A stretch of 64,000 nucleotides of DNA from Escherichia coli (GTDB lineage: Bacteria; Pseudomonadota; Gammaproteobacteria; Enterobacterales; Enterobacteriaceae): the NCBI RefSeq assembly GCF_048403405.1, contig NZ_CP183129.1, one strand, 5' to 3'. This document shows positions 47,023-58,385 of the stretch, piece by piece. Made by a program: the position numbers and the translations under genes. Each line of letters opens with the position of its first letter. The first letter of the stretch is position 1. Under the pieces are notes generated by a model. The model saw only the letters and a program-made list of their open reading frames with translations. It did not search any database and was not told the DNA's origin.

Positions 47023-47538
47023 ATGCGCTACCGTTCACTATCTCTACTTATTCCATGTGCACTGCTGCTGAGTGCCTGTACCACCGTCACGCCAGCTTAT
47101 AAAGATAACGGCCCCCGCACCGGTTCCTGTGTCCAGGGTGGCCCTGACAGCGTGGCTCAACAATTCTATGACTACCGCATTCAACATCGCAGCAATGACA
47201 TTACCGCCCTGCGCCCCTATTTGAGTGACAAACTGGCAACCCTACTTAGCGATGCCAGCCGCGATAACAGTCATCGTGAATTGTTAAGCAGCGATCCGTT
47301 CTCCAGTCGAACCACCTTGCCAGACAGCGCCCACGTTGCCAGTGCATCGACTATCCCTAATCGTGATGCCCGTAACATTCCATTGCGCGTGGATCTCAAA
47401 CAGGGTGACCAGGGCTGGCAGGATGAAGTGTTAATGATTCAGGAAGGCCAGTGTTGGGTCATCGACGATGTGCGCTACTTAGGCGGTAGCGTTCATGCCA
47501 CAGCGGGTACGCTCCGTCAGTCCATCGAGAATCGCTAA
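47023..47538 (+). CDS. ybjP: Lipoprotein YbjP
   Basis: Start moved to MRYRSLSLLIPCALLLSACTT (lipobox LSAC), 171 aa. Confidence 0.92.
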   Translation: MRYRSLSLLIPCALLLSACTTVTPAYKDNGPRTGSCVQGGPDSVAQQFYDYRIQHRSNDITALRPYLSDKLATLLSDASRDNSHRELLSSDPFSSRTTLPDSAHVASASTIPNRDARNIPLRVDLKQGDQGWQDEVLMIQEGQCWVIDDVRYLGGSVHATAGTLRQSIENR

Positions 47539-47755
47539 CGCCTTGATCAACCAATAAACCCCGTAAATTGTCCGGCATTTCGTGAGGAATGCCGACATTT
47601 ATGCTCGCCGACCACCGCCCCCGTTATTTTGTGCTATGTTTATTGAATAATGCGCTTTGCTTTTAACTTTTAAAGCAGAAATATTGCATAATTATTCTGT
47701 CAAAGGTACTATCTTCGACCTCAATAGCTATCAGACTGCCAGTATACGAGTGTCA

Positions 47756-48484
47756 ATGAGTATTCAATTAAACGGCATTAATTGCTTCTACGGCGCGCAT
47801 CAGGCGCTGTTCGATATCACGCTGGATTGCCCACAGGGCGAAACGCTGGTGTTACTTGGCCCCAGCGGCGCGGGTAAAAGCTCGCTGCTGCGTGTACTCA
47901 ATCTGCTTGAGATGCCGCGCTCCGGTACGCTCAACATTGCAGGCAACCATTTCGATTTCACCAAAACACCCTCTGACAAAGCGATTCGCGATTTGCGTCG
48001 TAACGTTGGCATGGTGTTTCAGCAATACAACCTGTGGCCGCATCTGACCGTGCAGCAAAACCTGATTGAAGCGCCCTGCCGTGTACTGGGGTTGAGCAAA
48101 GATCAGGCGCTGGCCCGTGCAGAAAAACTGCTGGAACGTCTGCGTCTCAAACCTTATAGCGATCGTTACCCGCTGCATCTTTCTGGTGGTCAGCAGCAGC
48201 GTGTTGCTATTGCCCGTGCGTTGATGATGGAACCGCAGGTACTGCTGTTCGATGAACCGACCGCCGCACTGGACCCGGAAATTACGGCACAAATCGTCAG
48301 CATCATTCGTGAGTTGGCAGAAACGAATATTACCCAGGTGATCGTCACCCACGAAGTTGAAGTGGCGCGTAAAACCGCCAGCCGAGTGGTGTATATGGAA
48401 AACGGTCATATCGTAGAACAAGGCGACGCGAGCTGCTTTACCGAGCCGCAAACCGAAGCATTTAAAAACTATCTCTCTCACTAA
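47756..48484 (+). CDS. artP: Arginine ABC transporter ATP-binding protein ArtP
   Basis: Start moved to [13 protein letters not shown]... (242 aa); Walker [10 protein letters not shown] and ABC signature LSGGQQQR. Confidence 0.95.
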
Positions 48485-48501
48485 TATTCGGGATAACAAC
48501 A

Positions 48502-49233
48502 ATGAAAAAAGTTCTGATTGCCGCGTTAATTGCAGGTTTTAGTCTTTCCGCCACAGCTGCCGAAACCATTCGTTTTGCTACCGAAGCCTCCTATCCTCCG
48601 TTTGAATCGATTGATGCAAACAACCAGATCGTTGGTTTTGACGTCGACCTGGCACAGGCGCTGTGTAAAGAGATTGATGCAACCTGTACTTTCTCTAACC
48701 AGGCGTTTGACAGCCTGATCCCAAGCCTGAAATTCCGTCGCGTGGAAGCGGTGATGGCCGGGATGGATATCACCCCAGAACGTGAAAAGCAGGTGCTGTT
48801 TACCACGCCGTACTATGACAACTCTGCCCTGTTTGTGGGTCAGCAAGGCAAATACACCAGTGTTGATCAGCTGAAAGGCAAAAAAGTCGGCGTTCAGAAC
48901 GGGACGACACACCAGAAGTTCATTATGGATAAGCACCCGGAAATCACCACCGTTCCGTATGACAGCTACCAGAACGCAAAACTGGATCTGCAAAATGGTC
49001 GTATCGACAGCGTATTTGGTGACACCGCAGTGGTAACCGAATGGCTGAAAGACAACCCGAAACTGGCAGCAGTGGGCGATAAAGTGACCGATAAAGATTA
49101 TTTCGGTACTGGCCTCGGCATCGCGGTACGTCAGGGCAACACTGAACTGCAGCAGAAACTCAACACTGCGCTGGAAAAAGTGAAGAAAGATGGCACTTAC
49201 GAAACCATCTACAACAAATGGTTCCAGAAGTAA
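48502..49233 (+). CDS. artI: Arginine-binding periplasmic protein ArtI
   Basis: 243 aa with signal peptide; paralogous to ArtJ further along the window. Confidence 0.95.
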   Translation: MKKVLIAALIAGFSLSATAAETIRFATEASYPPFESIDANNQIVGFDVDLAQALCKEIDATCTFSNQAFDSLIPSLKFRRVEAVMAGMDITPEREKQVLFTTPYYDNSALFVGQQGKYTSVDQLKGKKVGVQNGTTHQKFIMDKHPEITTVPYDSYQNAKLDLQNGRIDSVFGDTAVVTEWLKDNPKLAAVGDKVTDKDYFGTGLGIAVRQGNTELQQKLNTALEKVKKDGTYETIYNKWFQK

Positions 49234-49239
49234 TTCCTG

Positions 49240-49956
49240 ATGAATGAATTTTTTCCTTTAGCAAGCGCCGCCGGGATGACCGTCGGCCTTGCCGTTTGTG
49301 CATTGATTGTCGGGCTGGCGCTGGCGATGTTCTTTGCGGTATGGGAGTCTGCAAAATGGCGTCCTGTCGCGTGGGCAGGTTCAGCGCTGGTAACCATTCT
49401 GCGTGGCCTGCCAGAAATTCTGGTGGTGCTGTTTATCTATTTTGGCTCCTCGCAGCTGCTGCTGACGCTTTCGGATGGCTTCACTATCAATCTTGGGTTC
49501 GTGCAGATCCCGGTGCAGATGGACATTGAGAACTTCGACGTTAGCCCGTTCCTTTGTGGTGTCATCGCTCTGTCGCTGCTGTATGCCGCCTATGCCTCGC
49601 AAACGCTGCGCGGCGCGTTGAAAGCGGTGCCGATGGGTCAGTGGGAATCCGGCCAGGCGCTGGGGCTGTCGAAATCGGCTATCTTTTTCCGTCTGGTGAT
49701 GCCGCAGATGTGGCGTCATGCGCTGCCTGGCCTCGGTAACCAGTGGCTGGTGCTGCTGAAAGATACCGCGCTGGTCAGTTTGATTAGTGTGAATGATTTA
49801 ATGCTACAAACCAAAAGCATTGCTACTCGTACCCAGGAACCGTTTACCTGGTACATTGTGGCGGCGGCGATTTACCTGGTGATCACCCTGCTCAGTCAGT
49901 ACATTCTCAAACGCATTGACCTGCGCGCGACACGTTTTGAGCGGAGGCCTGGCTAA
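49240..49956 (+). CDS. artQ: Arginine ABC transporter permease ArtQ
   Basis: 238 aa; polar amino-acid ABC permease. Confidence 0.95.
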   Translation: MNEFFPLASAAGMTVGLAVCALIVGLALAMFFAVWESAKWRPVAWAGSALVTILRGLPEILVVLFIYFGSSQLLLTLSDGFTINLGFVQIPVQMDIENFDVSPFLCGVIALSLLYAAYASQTLRGALKAVPMGQWESGQALGLSKSAIFFRLVMPQMWRHALPGLGNQWLVLLKDTALVSLISVNDLMLQTKSIATRTQEPFTWYIVAAAIYLVITLLSQYILKRIDLRATRFERRPG

Positions 49957-50624
49957 TGTTTGAGTATTTACCCGAACTGATGAAAGGGCTGCACACCAGC
50001 CTGACGCTAACCGTTGCCTCGCTGATTGTGGCACTGATTCTGGCGTTGATTTTTACCATCATCCTGACGCTGAAAACGCCGGTGCTGGTGTGGCTGGTGC
50101 GGGGTTATATCACGCTGTTTACCGGTACACCGCTGCTGGTGCAGATCTTCCTGATTTATTACGGGCCGGGTCAGTTCCCGACGTTGCAGGAGTATCCGGC
50201 ACTGTGGCATTTGTTGTCAGAACCGTGGTTATGTGCGCTGATTGCGTTGTCGCTGAACAGTGCGGCGTATACCACGCAGCTGTTTTACGGTGCAATTCGT
50301 GCGATCCCGGAAGGTCAGTGGCAGTCCTGTAGCGCCCTGGGGATGAGCAAAAAAGATACGCTGGCGATCCTGCTGCCGTATGCCTTTAAACGCTCGCTCT
50401 CTTCTTATTCCAACGAAGTGGTGCTGGTGTTCAAAAGTACCTCTCTGGCTTACACCATTACGCTGATGGAAGTGATGGGATACAGCCAGTTGTTGTACGG
50501 ACGCACCTACGATGTCATGGTGTTCGGTGCGGCAGGGATTATTTACCTGGTCGTCAACGGCCTGCTGACGCTGATGATGCGTCTGATCGAGCGTAAAGCA
50601 CTGGCGTTTGAGCGAAGGAATTAA
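49956..50624 (+). CDS. artM: Arginine ABC transporter permease ArtM
   Basis: 222 aa; start overlaps the artQ stop. Confidence 0.95.
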   Translation: MFEYLPELMKGLHTSLTLTVASLIVALILALIFTIILTLKTPVLVWLVRGYITLFTGTPLLVQIFLIYYGPGQFPTLQEYPALWHLLSEPWLCALIALSLNSAAYTTQLFYGAIRAIPEGQWQSCSALGMSKKDTLAILLPYAFKRSLSSYSNEVVLVFKSTSLAYTITLMEVMGYSQLLYGRTYDVMVFGAAGIIYLVVNGLLTLMMRLIERKALAFERRN

Positions 50625-50637
50625 TTTGGCTGCGTGC

Positions 50638-50684
50638 TGATGCCGGATGCGACGCGGACGCCTTATCCGGCCTACATAGTGCAT
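50638..50684. repeat. REP element
   Basis: gatgccggatgcgacgcggacgccttatccggcctaca in the artM-artJ intergenic region. Confidence 0.8.
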
Positions 50685-50700
50685 AAATTCTTATAATGAA

Positions 50701-50736
50701 GACGGACAACTCACTAAGTTGTCCGTCTTTTTTTAT
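50701..50736 (+). terminator. Rho-independent terminator after artM
   Basis: Hairpin gacggacaac-tcactaa-gttgtccgtc followed by TTTTTTT. Confidence 0.7.
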
Positions 50737-50849
50737 TTCATTTAAATTATTTAATCATATTTATTGCATATAAATTCACTTGATGGCATTGTTATCCCAT
50801 GCCGCAGACACGGCCAAAAATCATAAGATTGACAGACGGGAGTTCCATC

Positions 50850-51581
50850 ATGAAAAAGTTAGTTCTTGCCGCTTTACTTGCTTCCTTTACTTTCGGTGCT
50901 TCTGCCGCAGAGAAAATCAATTTTGGCGTTTCAGCCACCTATCCCCCCTTTGAATCTATAGGTGCTAATAATGAGATTGTCGGCTTTGATATCGACCTGG
51001 CAAAAGCCTTGTGTAAACAAATGCAGGCAGAATGTACTTTTACGAATCACGCTTTCGACAGCCTGATCCCGTCACTGAAATTCAGAAAATATGACGCCGT
51101 AATCTCCGGTATGGATATCACCCCGGAGCGTAGCAAACAGGTATCGTTTACCACGCCCTACTATGAGAACTCAGCCGTCGTGATTGCCAAAAAAGATACC
51201 TACAAAACGTTTGCCGATCTGAAAGGCAAACGTATTGGGATGGAAAACGGCACCACGCACCAGAAATATATTCAGGATCAGCACCCGGAAGTGAAAACTG
51301 TCTCCTATGACAGTTATCAGAATGCCTTTATCGACCTGAAAAATGGCCGTATTGATGGGGTATTTGGTGACACAGCGGTGGTAAACGAATGGCTGAAAAC
51401 CAATCCACAACTGGGCGTTGCGACTGAGAAAGTGACCGATCCGCAGTACTTCGGCACCGGCCTTGGCATCGCTGTACGTCCGGATAACAAAGCTTTGCTG
51501 GAGAAACTGAATAACGCGCTGGCGGCAATTAAAGCTGACGGTACATATCAGAAAATCAATGACCAGTGGTTCCCACAGTAA
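50850..51581 (+). CDS. artJ: Arginine-binding periplasmic protein ArtJ
   Basis: Start moved to MKKLVLAALLASFTFGASA (243 aa). Confidence 0.93.
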   Translation: MKKLVLAALLASFTFGASAAEKINFGVSATYPPFESIGANNEIVGFDIDLAKALCKQMQAECTFTNHAFDSLIPSLKFRKYDAVISGMDITPERSKQVSFTTPYYENSAVVIAKKDTYKTFADLKGKRIGMENGTTHQKYIQDQHPEVKTVSYDSYQNAFIDLKNGRIDGVFGDTAVVNEWLKTNPQLGVATEKVTDPQYFGTGLGIAVRPDNKALLEKLNNALAAIKADGTYQKINDQWFPQ

Positions 51582-51588
51582 GATTCAG

Positions 51589-51612
51589 AAAGCCGCACCT
51601 GCGGCTTTTTTA
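51589..51612. terminator. Terminator hairpin between convergent artJ and rlmC
   Basis: aaagccgcacctgcggcttttttatt. Confidence 0.6.
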
Positions 51613-52737
51613 TTGCTTCGCCAGCAGCGTCAGCACTTCATAGTGCGCGGTGTGCGGGAACATATCAAAAAGCTGTACCCGTTCAATACGGTAACCTGGC
51701 AGTTCGCGGATATCTTTCGCCATGGTTTGGGCGTTACAGCTGGAGTAGATAATAAAACGCGGTGCCATCGTTGAGAGATAATCACACAGCGGTTTACCAA
51801 TGCCACGTCGCGGCGGGTTAACCAGCACCAGCTCAGGCACTTCCCCCTGGGCGGTGGCAAACTGAGTGGAGTCCAGCGCCTGAAATTGCAAACGCGTTAA
51901 GCCCAGTTCAGCGGCTGACTGCTTCGCACAGGCAATGGCCTCTGGTGCAATTTCGATCCCGGTTAACTGCATGTCAGGCGTCGCGCAGTGTAAACCAAAG
52001 CCCCCCACGCCACAGAACAGATCCCACATATGTTTAACTGGCAGCTGCCGTACCCAGTCGCGCGCGGTAGCGTACAGCTGGCTGGCGACCGCCGGATTAG
52101 TCTGGAAGAAACTTTGCGGACGGATCCACAGCGGTACGTCATTAAAACGCTCTGCCAGCGCCTGTTGTTCAGTCAGGTAGATCTCCGTCTCCCCTTCCAT
52201 AATCGCCATATGTACCGGCTGAATATTGACGGTAATAACTTTCAGCTGCGGTAGTTGTTCCTGTAACCACGGCAGCGCCTTACGCAGTTGCGCCAGCTTG
52301 GTATCAGAACGCAGTACAAAGCGCAGCATCATGCCGCCATCGCTCTGGCTTTCAGTCAGCAGAATGTATTTCAGTTCGCCACGCTTACGCGCCACGTTGT
52401 AGGGCGTTAACCCCGCTCGGGCGATAAACGGTTTTAGCGCCGCAAAAACGGGCGCAAATGAGGCAGGATAAAGCGGGCAGTCACAAAGGTCTTCCGGTGT
52501 GCCGTCTCGATGCAGCATACCGAGCAGTGGTTTTTCAACGCTACCACTCACCACCATTTTGGCTTTATTACGAAACCCTTGTTCCGGGCCTGACACTGGC
52601 GCACACCATTCCTCAACCGGAAAGTCGGCGAGCAGATTTTTAAGATCGGCGGTTTTAGCGGAGAGTTGCTCTGGAATCGGCTGCGTTATCCACTGACAGG
52701 AACGACAGCGACCCGCGTCGTAAAGTGCGCACTGCAT
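51610..52737 (-). CDS. rlmC: 23S rRNA (uracil747-C5)-methyltransferase RlmC
   Basis: 375 aa; N-terminal Cys cluster ([14 protein letters not shown]) and SAM-dependent methyltransferase fold. Confidence 0.93.
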   Translation of the reverse strand: MQCALYDAGRCRSCQWITQPIPEQLSAKTADLKNLLADFPVEEWCAPVSGPEQGFRNKAKMVVSGSVEKPLLGMLHRDGTPEDLCDCPLYPASFAPVFAALKPFIARAGLTPYNVARKRGELKYILLTESQSDGGMMLRFVLRSDTKLAQLRKALPWLQEQLPQLKVITVNIQPVHMAIMEGETEIYLTEQQALAERFNDVPLWIRPQSFFQTNPAVASQLYATARDWVRQLPVKHMWDLFCGVGGFGLHCATPDMQLTGIEIAPEAIACAKQSAAELGLTRLQFQALDSTQFATAQGEVPELVLVNPPRRGIGKPLCDYLSTMAPRFIIYSSCNAQTMAKDIRELPGYRIERVQLFDMFPHTAHYEVLTLLAKQ

Positions 52738-52777
52738 ACATTGACCTTCACATCATCAGGGGCGACGATTATACACA

Positions 52778-53266
52778 TTATTGCAACTGGAAGAACCGCC
52801 GACTGGTCGAGGGAACGAACAGTAGCAACAGGATGAGCATATCCGGCAACTTCTGCAGCATCAGGCTATGGAAGATTTCACGTTTTGATTCACCGGGAAT
52901 GCTGAACAGCTCCGGATAACCATACCCCAGCGAAGCTGCCCACAAGTAACTTGCGGCCGTGATTTGAGTCAACAGATACAGCCAGCGCGCCCAGCGACGC
53001 CCTTTCACCAGTGAAAACGCACACCAAATCTCAATAAAAACCAGCACCAGACTGCTTAAAAAGACCAGCGTTAAACTCCAGGTTTGTACGCTGCGATGAA
53101 TGAACTCGCCAATACCGCGCACGCCCAGCGTATTGAAAATCATCAGCACGTCGAGGCCACGGATCATAATAATGGCGAGCGCCGCCACCTGCACCAGCGC
53201 AGGCACATTCAGGCGAGCATGAGATGAAGATGTTTTCTTAAAAAATCCCAACGTTTCGTCTTCCAT
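52778..53266 (-). CDS. ybjO: Inner-membrane protein YbjO
   Basis: 162 aa; hydrophobic; synteny. Confidence 0.88.
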   Translation of the reverse strand: MEDETLGFFKKTSSSHARLNVPALVQVAALAIIMIRGLDVLMIFNTLGVRGIGEFIHRSVQTWSLTLVFLSSLVLVFIEIWCAFSLVKGRRWARWLYLLTQITAASYLWAASLGYGYPELFSIPGESKREIFHSLMLQKLPDMLILLLLFVPSTSRRFFQLQ

Positions 53267-53325
53267 GAAAACAATGCCGCGACATGCGCGGCATTATGTA
53301 GCCAGGTTGGCAAATTTTAGTGTCT

Positions 53326-54171
53326 TCAGCCACGTCTTGCACGCTGGATGTCGCGTATCCGCTGTTTTTCTGCGCGCGCCATCAGATACCAGGCGATAAA
53401 TCCGACAATTCCGACCGCACCGAGGATCAATGTTGCCAGGGCGTTGATTTCCGGATTCACCCCCATCCGCACGCTGGAAAAGACCAGCATCGGTAACGTG
53501 GTGGCTCCCGGCCCGGAAACAAAGCTGGCGATCACCAGATCATCAAGCGACAAAGTAAAAGCCAGTAACCAACCAGAAATGATCGCGGGCATGATCATCG
53601 GTAGCGTAATGACGAAAAACACTTTCAGCGGCGTCGCACCGAGATCCATCGCTGCTTCTTCTATCGAGCTATCCAGTTCCCGCAGACGCGACGAAATAAC
53701 GACTGCCACATAAGCCGTACAGAAAGTGACATGCGCCAGCCAGATGGTGAGCATACCGCGGTCCGCAGGCCAGCCAATGGCATGAGCAAGCGCGACGAAT
53801 AACAACAATAGCGACAAGCCCGTGATGACATCTGGCATCACCAGCGGCGCGGTGATCATAAAGGCAAAGCCATTTGATCCGCGAAACCTGCCAAAGCGCA
53901 CCAGCACGACCGCCGCAATCGTCCCGAGGATCGCCGCCGCCGTCGCCGCACAGGCCGCAATTGTCAGGCTTAAACCAACCGCACTCATCATTGCGTCATC
54001 GCGCAATAACTCACCATACCAGCGTGTTGACCAGCCGGCCCACACCGTCACCAGCTTCGAGCTGTTGAATGAATAGATCACCAGCATCAGCATTGGCGCG
54101 TAGAGAAAGGTGAAGCCCAGCAGCAAAATCACAATCCGCCAGGGCGAACGAACTACCGGTAAATTATTCAT
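53326..54171 (-). CDS. potI: Putrescine ABC transporter permease PotI
   Basis: Start moved to MNNLPVVRSPWR... (281 aa); start overlaps the potH stop. Confidence 0.92.
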   Translation of the reverse strand: MNNLPVVRSPWRIVILLLGFTFLYAPMLMLVIYSFNSSKLVTVWAGWSTRWYGELLRDDAMMSAVGLSLTIAACAATAAAILGTIAAVVLVRFGRFRGSNGFAFMITAPLVMPDVITGLSLLLLFVALAHAIGWPADRGMLTIWLAHVTFCTAYVAVVISSRLRELDSSIEEAAMDLGATPLKVFFVITLPMIMPAIISGWLLAFTLSLDDLVIASFVSGPGATTLPMLVFSSVRMGVNPEINALATLILGAVGIVGFIAWYLMARAEKQRIRDIQRARRG

Positions 54172-55121
54172 TCGTGTTCTCCCACGCTTTTTTGCTGATG
54201 CTTGTGGAACCACATTATCGGCACAATTAGCAGCAGCAACATGATGATCGCTACCGCTGAGGCCACCGGCCAGTCGCGATTGTTAAAGAACTCCTGCCAT
54301 AGCACGCGCCCGATCATGATGCTGTCCGGGCCACCGAGCAGTTCAGGGATCACAAACTCGCCCACTGCCGGGATAAATACCAGCATCGATCCGGCAATAA
54401 TCCCGCCTTTGGTCAGCGGCACGATCACAGTAAAGAACGTTTTCAGCGGTCTTGCACCGAGATCCAGTGCCGCTTCCACCAGCGAATAATCAATACGAAT
54501 CAAGGCGGTGTAGATCGGCAGCACCATAAACGGCACGTAGGCATAAACAATGCCGATATAAACGGCCAGATTGGTATGCAGAATGGTCAGCGGCTGGTCG
54601 ATAACCCCCAGCCACAGCAGAAAATTATTCAGTACGCCGTTATTTTTTAATATTCCCATCCAGGCATAAACGCGAATCAGAAACGAGGTCCACGACGGCA
54701 GGATCACCAGTAGCAATAAGATATTACGGGTCGAAGGCTTACTGTGCGCCACCGCCCACGCCAGCGGATAGCCGATCAGTAAACAGCAAATAGTCGAAAT
54801 CGCCGCCACCTGTAGCGACTGGAGATAAGCATCGAAATAGAGCGGATCGTCGGTCAGTTGCAGGAAATTACCGAGATTAAGAGTGATGGAAAGTTGCCCG
54901 TCAGCCCACTCCATCAGTTCGGTATAAGGTGGAATGGCGCGCGCCATCTCCGCCAGGCTTATTTTAAAGACAATCAGAAATGGCAGCAGAAACAGCAGGA
55001 TTAGCCAGATATACGGCAGCGCAATCACCAGTTTGCGCCCATGCTTCATTTGCAGCTGCGACAACCACAGCTTAAATCCGCCCGGCGGTTTCGACTGGGC
55101 AGCAGGTTCAAGTGTACTCAT
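54168..55121 (-). CDS. potH: Putrescine ABC transporter permease PotH
   Basis: 317 aa. Confidence 0.95.
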   Translation of the reverse strand: MSTLEPAAQSKPPGGFKLWLSQLQMKHGRKLVIALPYIWLILLFLLPFLIVFKISLAEMARAIPPYTELMEWADGQLSITLNLGNFLQLTDDPLYFDAYLQSLQVAAISTICCLLIGYPLAWAVAHSKPSTRNILLLLVILPSWTSFLIRVYAWMGILKNNGVLNNFLLWLGVIDQPLTILHTNLAVYIGIVYAYVPFMVLPIYTALIRIDYSLVEAALDLGARPLKTFFTVIVPLTKGGIIAGSMLVFIPAVGEFVIPELLGGPDSIMIGRVLWQEFFNNRDWPVASAVAIIMLLLLIVPIMWFHKHQQKSVGEHE

Positions 55122-55130
55122 TTTTGCTCC

Positions 55131-56264
55131 TTAAACCGTCAGCACCACACAGCTGTCCACTTCCCAGCACAAACGTACTTCATCGCCCCAGGTCGGTAAC
55201 CCTTTACGATGGCGATGGGCGTTTTGTAGCTGGGCGCTGATCATCTGCCCACTTTTCAGACGAACGTGATACACCGAAAGATCGCCGAGATAGGCAATGT
55301 GTAGCACCTCCCCCACCGCGAAGTTACAACCATTGGCGGGCGGCTCTTCGCAAAGCATGATTTTTTCCGGACGCAGTGCCACATGCACCGGCACGTTATC
55401 AACAACCGAAGCATCTACATCGACTTTCAGTGGATGCACCAGCCCCGGCGAATAAAGCACCAGACCATCTTCCTGACGCTCTTTGAGTACACCTTCAAAG
55501 ACATTAACCGAACCAATAAATTCGGCGCTGTAGCGGGTGGTCGGATGCTCATAGATCTCTTCCGGTTCGCCAATCTGGACAAATTTCCCACGATTCATAA
55601 TGGCGATGCGCCCCGCCATGGTCATCGCCTCTTCCTGATCGTGAGTAACCATCACGCAGGTCACACCGACACGCTCCAGAATATCCACCACTTCAAGCTG
55701 CATCCGGTCACGCAGCTTTTTATCCAGCGCGCCCATAGGCTCATCGAGCAGTAATAGTTTCGGGCGCTTGGCAAGGCTTCGGGCCAGTGCCACACGCTGT
55801 CGCTGACCGCCGGAAAGCTGATGCGGTTTGCGTTTGGCGAACTCCTGCATATGCACCAGGCCGAGCATCTCATTGACCCGGCTGGCAATTTCCGCTTTCG
55901 GTAGTTTGTCCTGTTTCAGGCCAAAAGCGATGTTCTGTTCCACGGTCATATGCGGAAACAGCGCGTAAGACTGAAACATCATATTGATGGGGCGCAGGTA
56001 AGGCGGAACCTGTGACAAATCGACGCCATCGAGCATAATCTGCCCGGCAGAAGGTTGTTCGAAACCTGCCAGCATACGCAGCAGCGTGGACTTGCCACAG
56101 CCGGATGCGCCCAGCAGCGCGAAGATTTCGCCTTTATAGATGGTCAGGCTGACATCATCGACCGCATGCTGACCATCGTAAGATTTAGTCAGATTACGGA
56201 TTTCTAATAGCGGCGTCAGCGCCTTACGGGTTTTCGCCTGCGGGCGAGGGATAGCGTCATTCAC
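55131..56264 (-). CDS. potG: Putrescine ABC transporter ATP-binding protein PotG
   Basis: GTG start giving MNDAIPRPQAK... (377 aa); Walker A GASGCGKST. Confidence 0.9.
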   Translation of the reverse strand: MNDAIPRPQAKTRKALTPLLEIRNLTKSYDGQHAVDDVSLTIYKGEIFALLGASGCGKSTLLRMLAGFEQPSAGQIMLDGVDLSQVPPYLRPINMMFQSYALFPHMTVEQNIAFGLKQDKLPKAEIASRVNEMLGLVHMQEFAKRKPHQLSGGQRQRVALARSLAKRPKLLLLDEPMGALDKKLRDRMQLEVVDILERVGVTCVMVTHDQEEAMTMAGRIAIMNRGKFVQIGEPEEIYEHPTTRYSAEFIGSVNVFEGVLKERQEDGLVLYSPGLVHPLKVDVDASVVDNVPVHVALRPEKIMLCEEPPANGCNFAVGEVLHIAYLGDLSVYHVRLKSGQMISAQLQNAHRHRKGLPTWGDEVRLCWEVDSCVVLTV

Positions 56265-56358
56265 GGCTGCTCTCCGGCATTGAATGTGTGCAAGCGCACC
56301 ATAATGGTGCGAATTGCCGGCGGGTGTGGTGCGCCCGTCCGGCATCTACGACTGCGGA

Positions 56359-57471
56359 TTATTTTCCGCTCTTCACTTTGGTCCACGCGCGGGTGCGCAC
56401 ACGGTCTATTTTTGGATCCTGCACTTTCAGAGTGAACAACTTCGCACGAACGTCCGCCGGAGGATAAATCCCTGGATTATCACGCACTTCCGCGCTTACC
56501 AGCGGCGTAGCTTCTTTGTTCGCGTTGGCATAGAACACATGGTCGGAAATATGCGCCACCACATCCGGGCGCAGCAGGTAATTCAGGAACTGATAGGCTT
56601 CGTCTTTATTTTTGGCATCCGCAGGCATGGCGAAGACATCAAAGAACGCCATCGCCCCTTCTTTCGGAATCGAGAACGAGACATTAACGCCATTTTTCGC
56701 TTCCTTCGCGCGGTTTGACGCCTGCCAGACATCGCCCGCCCAGCCAATAGCGACGCAGATATCGCCGTTTGCCAGGTCGTTAATGTATTGAGATGAATGG
56801 AAATAACGAATGTTCGGGCGCAGCTTTAACAGCAGATCGGTTGCCGGTCCGGTGTAATCATCTGCTTTAGTGCTGTTGGGATCTTTACCGAGATAATTCA
56901 GCACGGTAGCAAACACTTCTTCCGGTGCATCAAGGAAAGAGACGCCGCAGCTTTTCAGTTTTTCCAGATTTTCAGGCTTGAGGATCAAGTCCCAGCTATC
57001 GACGGGCGCGTTTTCGCCCAGCACCGCTTTAACTTTATCAACGTTATAGCCAATCCCGGTCGTCGCCCACATATAGGGCATAGCAAATTTATTGTCGGGA
57101 TCGTGTTTGGCAACCAACTTCAGCAGCTCCGGATCGAGATTCTTCCACTCCGGCAATTTGCTTTTGTCCAGCGGCTGGAAAACTCCCGCAGTCAACTGGC
57201 GTTCAAGAAAGCTTGCTGACGGCACCACCAGGTCAAAGCCGGTGCTACCCGCCATTAATTTGCCTTCCAGTACTTCGTTAGAGTCGAAAACATCGTAGAC
57301 GACTTTAATACCGGTTTCTTTTTCAAAATTGGCCACCGTGTCCGGGGCGATATAATCAGACCAGTTATAAATGTGAAGTGTTTTTTGTTCAGCCGCGAGC
57401 GTGCCGACAGAGACGGCCATCAGAGCACCCGTAACCAGACCCGATAGCCATTTTTTATTTAAGGCGGTCAT
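56359..57471 (-). CDS. potF: Putrescine-binding periplasmic protein PotF
   Basis: Start moved to MTALNKKWLSGLVTGALMAVSVGTLA (370 aa). Confidence 0.93.
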   Translation of the reverse strand: MTALNKKWLSGLVTGALMAVSVGTLAAEQKTLHIYNWSDYIAPDTVANFEKETGIKVVYDVFDSNEVLEGKLMAGSTGFDLVVPSASFLERQLTAGVFQPLDKSKLPEWKNLDPELLKLVAKHDPDNKFAMPYMWATTGIGYNVDKVKAVLGENAPVDSWDLILKPENLEKLKSCGVSFLDAPEEVFATVLNYLGKDPNSTKADDYTGPATDLLLKLRPNIRYFHSSQYINDLANGDICVAIGWAGDVWQASNRAKEAKNGVNVSFSIPKEGAMAFFDVFAMPADAKNKDEAYQFLNYLLRPDVVAHISDHVFYANANKEATPLVSAEVRDNPGIYPPADVRAKLFTLKVQDPKIDRVRTRAWTKVKSGK

Positions 57472-57821
57472 ATCTCTTTCCTTCTGAAAGTTCGTTAACA
57501 AACGAACAAAAGTTGTCACACTGAAAGATATGCAATAAACGTGCATATTTTTTATCGGCGCGGTGTAAGAAAAGAGAACTCTCTCCCGGCCAGCACTGCT
57601 CGCTATATAAAAGCATCGCAAGAATAACTTTAGCCAGGGTTTGAGACTATAGCTCGGATTAAAAAACGGTATTTAACAAATTTTTATGCGTATTTGCTCT
57701 ATGTGATAAAGCCAAATCGGCACAAGAGAAGTGAAATAATCTTTAAGAAAAGGTTAAAAACAGCAGATAATTTTGCAGCACGCAGTCACTGCGGCAGCGA
57801 CTGCGTACTCGAAAGGAGTTA

Positions 57822-58298
57822 TCAGTGGAGGAAATAGTTTTCGGTAACGTTGTTTTGCCCTTCATCGTCAGTCGGTAACAGCAGTTGATGGGCATTAGCT
57901 TCAAGAATGACCATCGAAATCTGCTCTTCGCTCTGACGCACGAACCATGCAAACTGCTCATAGGTTACGCCATGCATAACGGATAAAGACTGGCAAACCA
58001 CCAGCTTTGGCAGATTATCATCCTGCATATCAAGAAATGCTTTCACGGTCAGCGAACTGGCATTGATGGCAGATAAATCTGCCGCCAGGGGCAATACGGC
58101 TGAAGGTCGGACTTCCGCCATGGCAGAAAACAGGATCGTGTTATCGATCAGATCGATTTTGGCATCAAAGACACCGTCGAAATTCTGCATATGGGGCAGA
58201 TGCAGAGCCTGACAGTTATCACATTCAAAAAAACTCATCCCCAGGTCATCGAGCCATTGACGCAGCGTATCCAGACCAGGAACGACCAGCGATGTCAT
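57822..58298 (-). CDS. ybjN: YbjN (putative sensory transduction regulator family)
   Basis: Start moved to MTSLVVPGLDTLRQW... (158 aa). Confidence 0.9.
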   Translation of the reverse strand: MTSLVVPGLDTLRQWLDDLGMSFFECDNCQALHLPHMQNFDGVFDAKIDLIDNTILFSAMAEVRPSAVLPLAADLSAINASSLTVKAFLDMQDDNLPKLVVCQSLSVMHGVTYEQFAWFVRQSEEQISMVILEANAHQLLLPTDDEGQNNVTENYFLH

Positions 58299-58385
58299 AA
58301 TTTTGTACAACCTCTTTCGATAAAAAGACCGGCACAGCTTACGCAAAAAGCGCAGGCAAAACCATGATCAGTAATGTGATTGCGA

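Noticed and set aside
47852-48502. Minus-strand 216-aa ORF antisense to artP
   Set aside because: Overlaps the ABC ATPase gene with Walker and signature motifs on the other strand.
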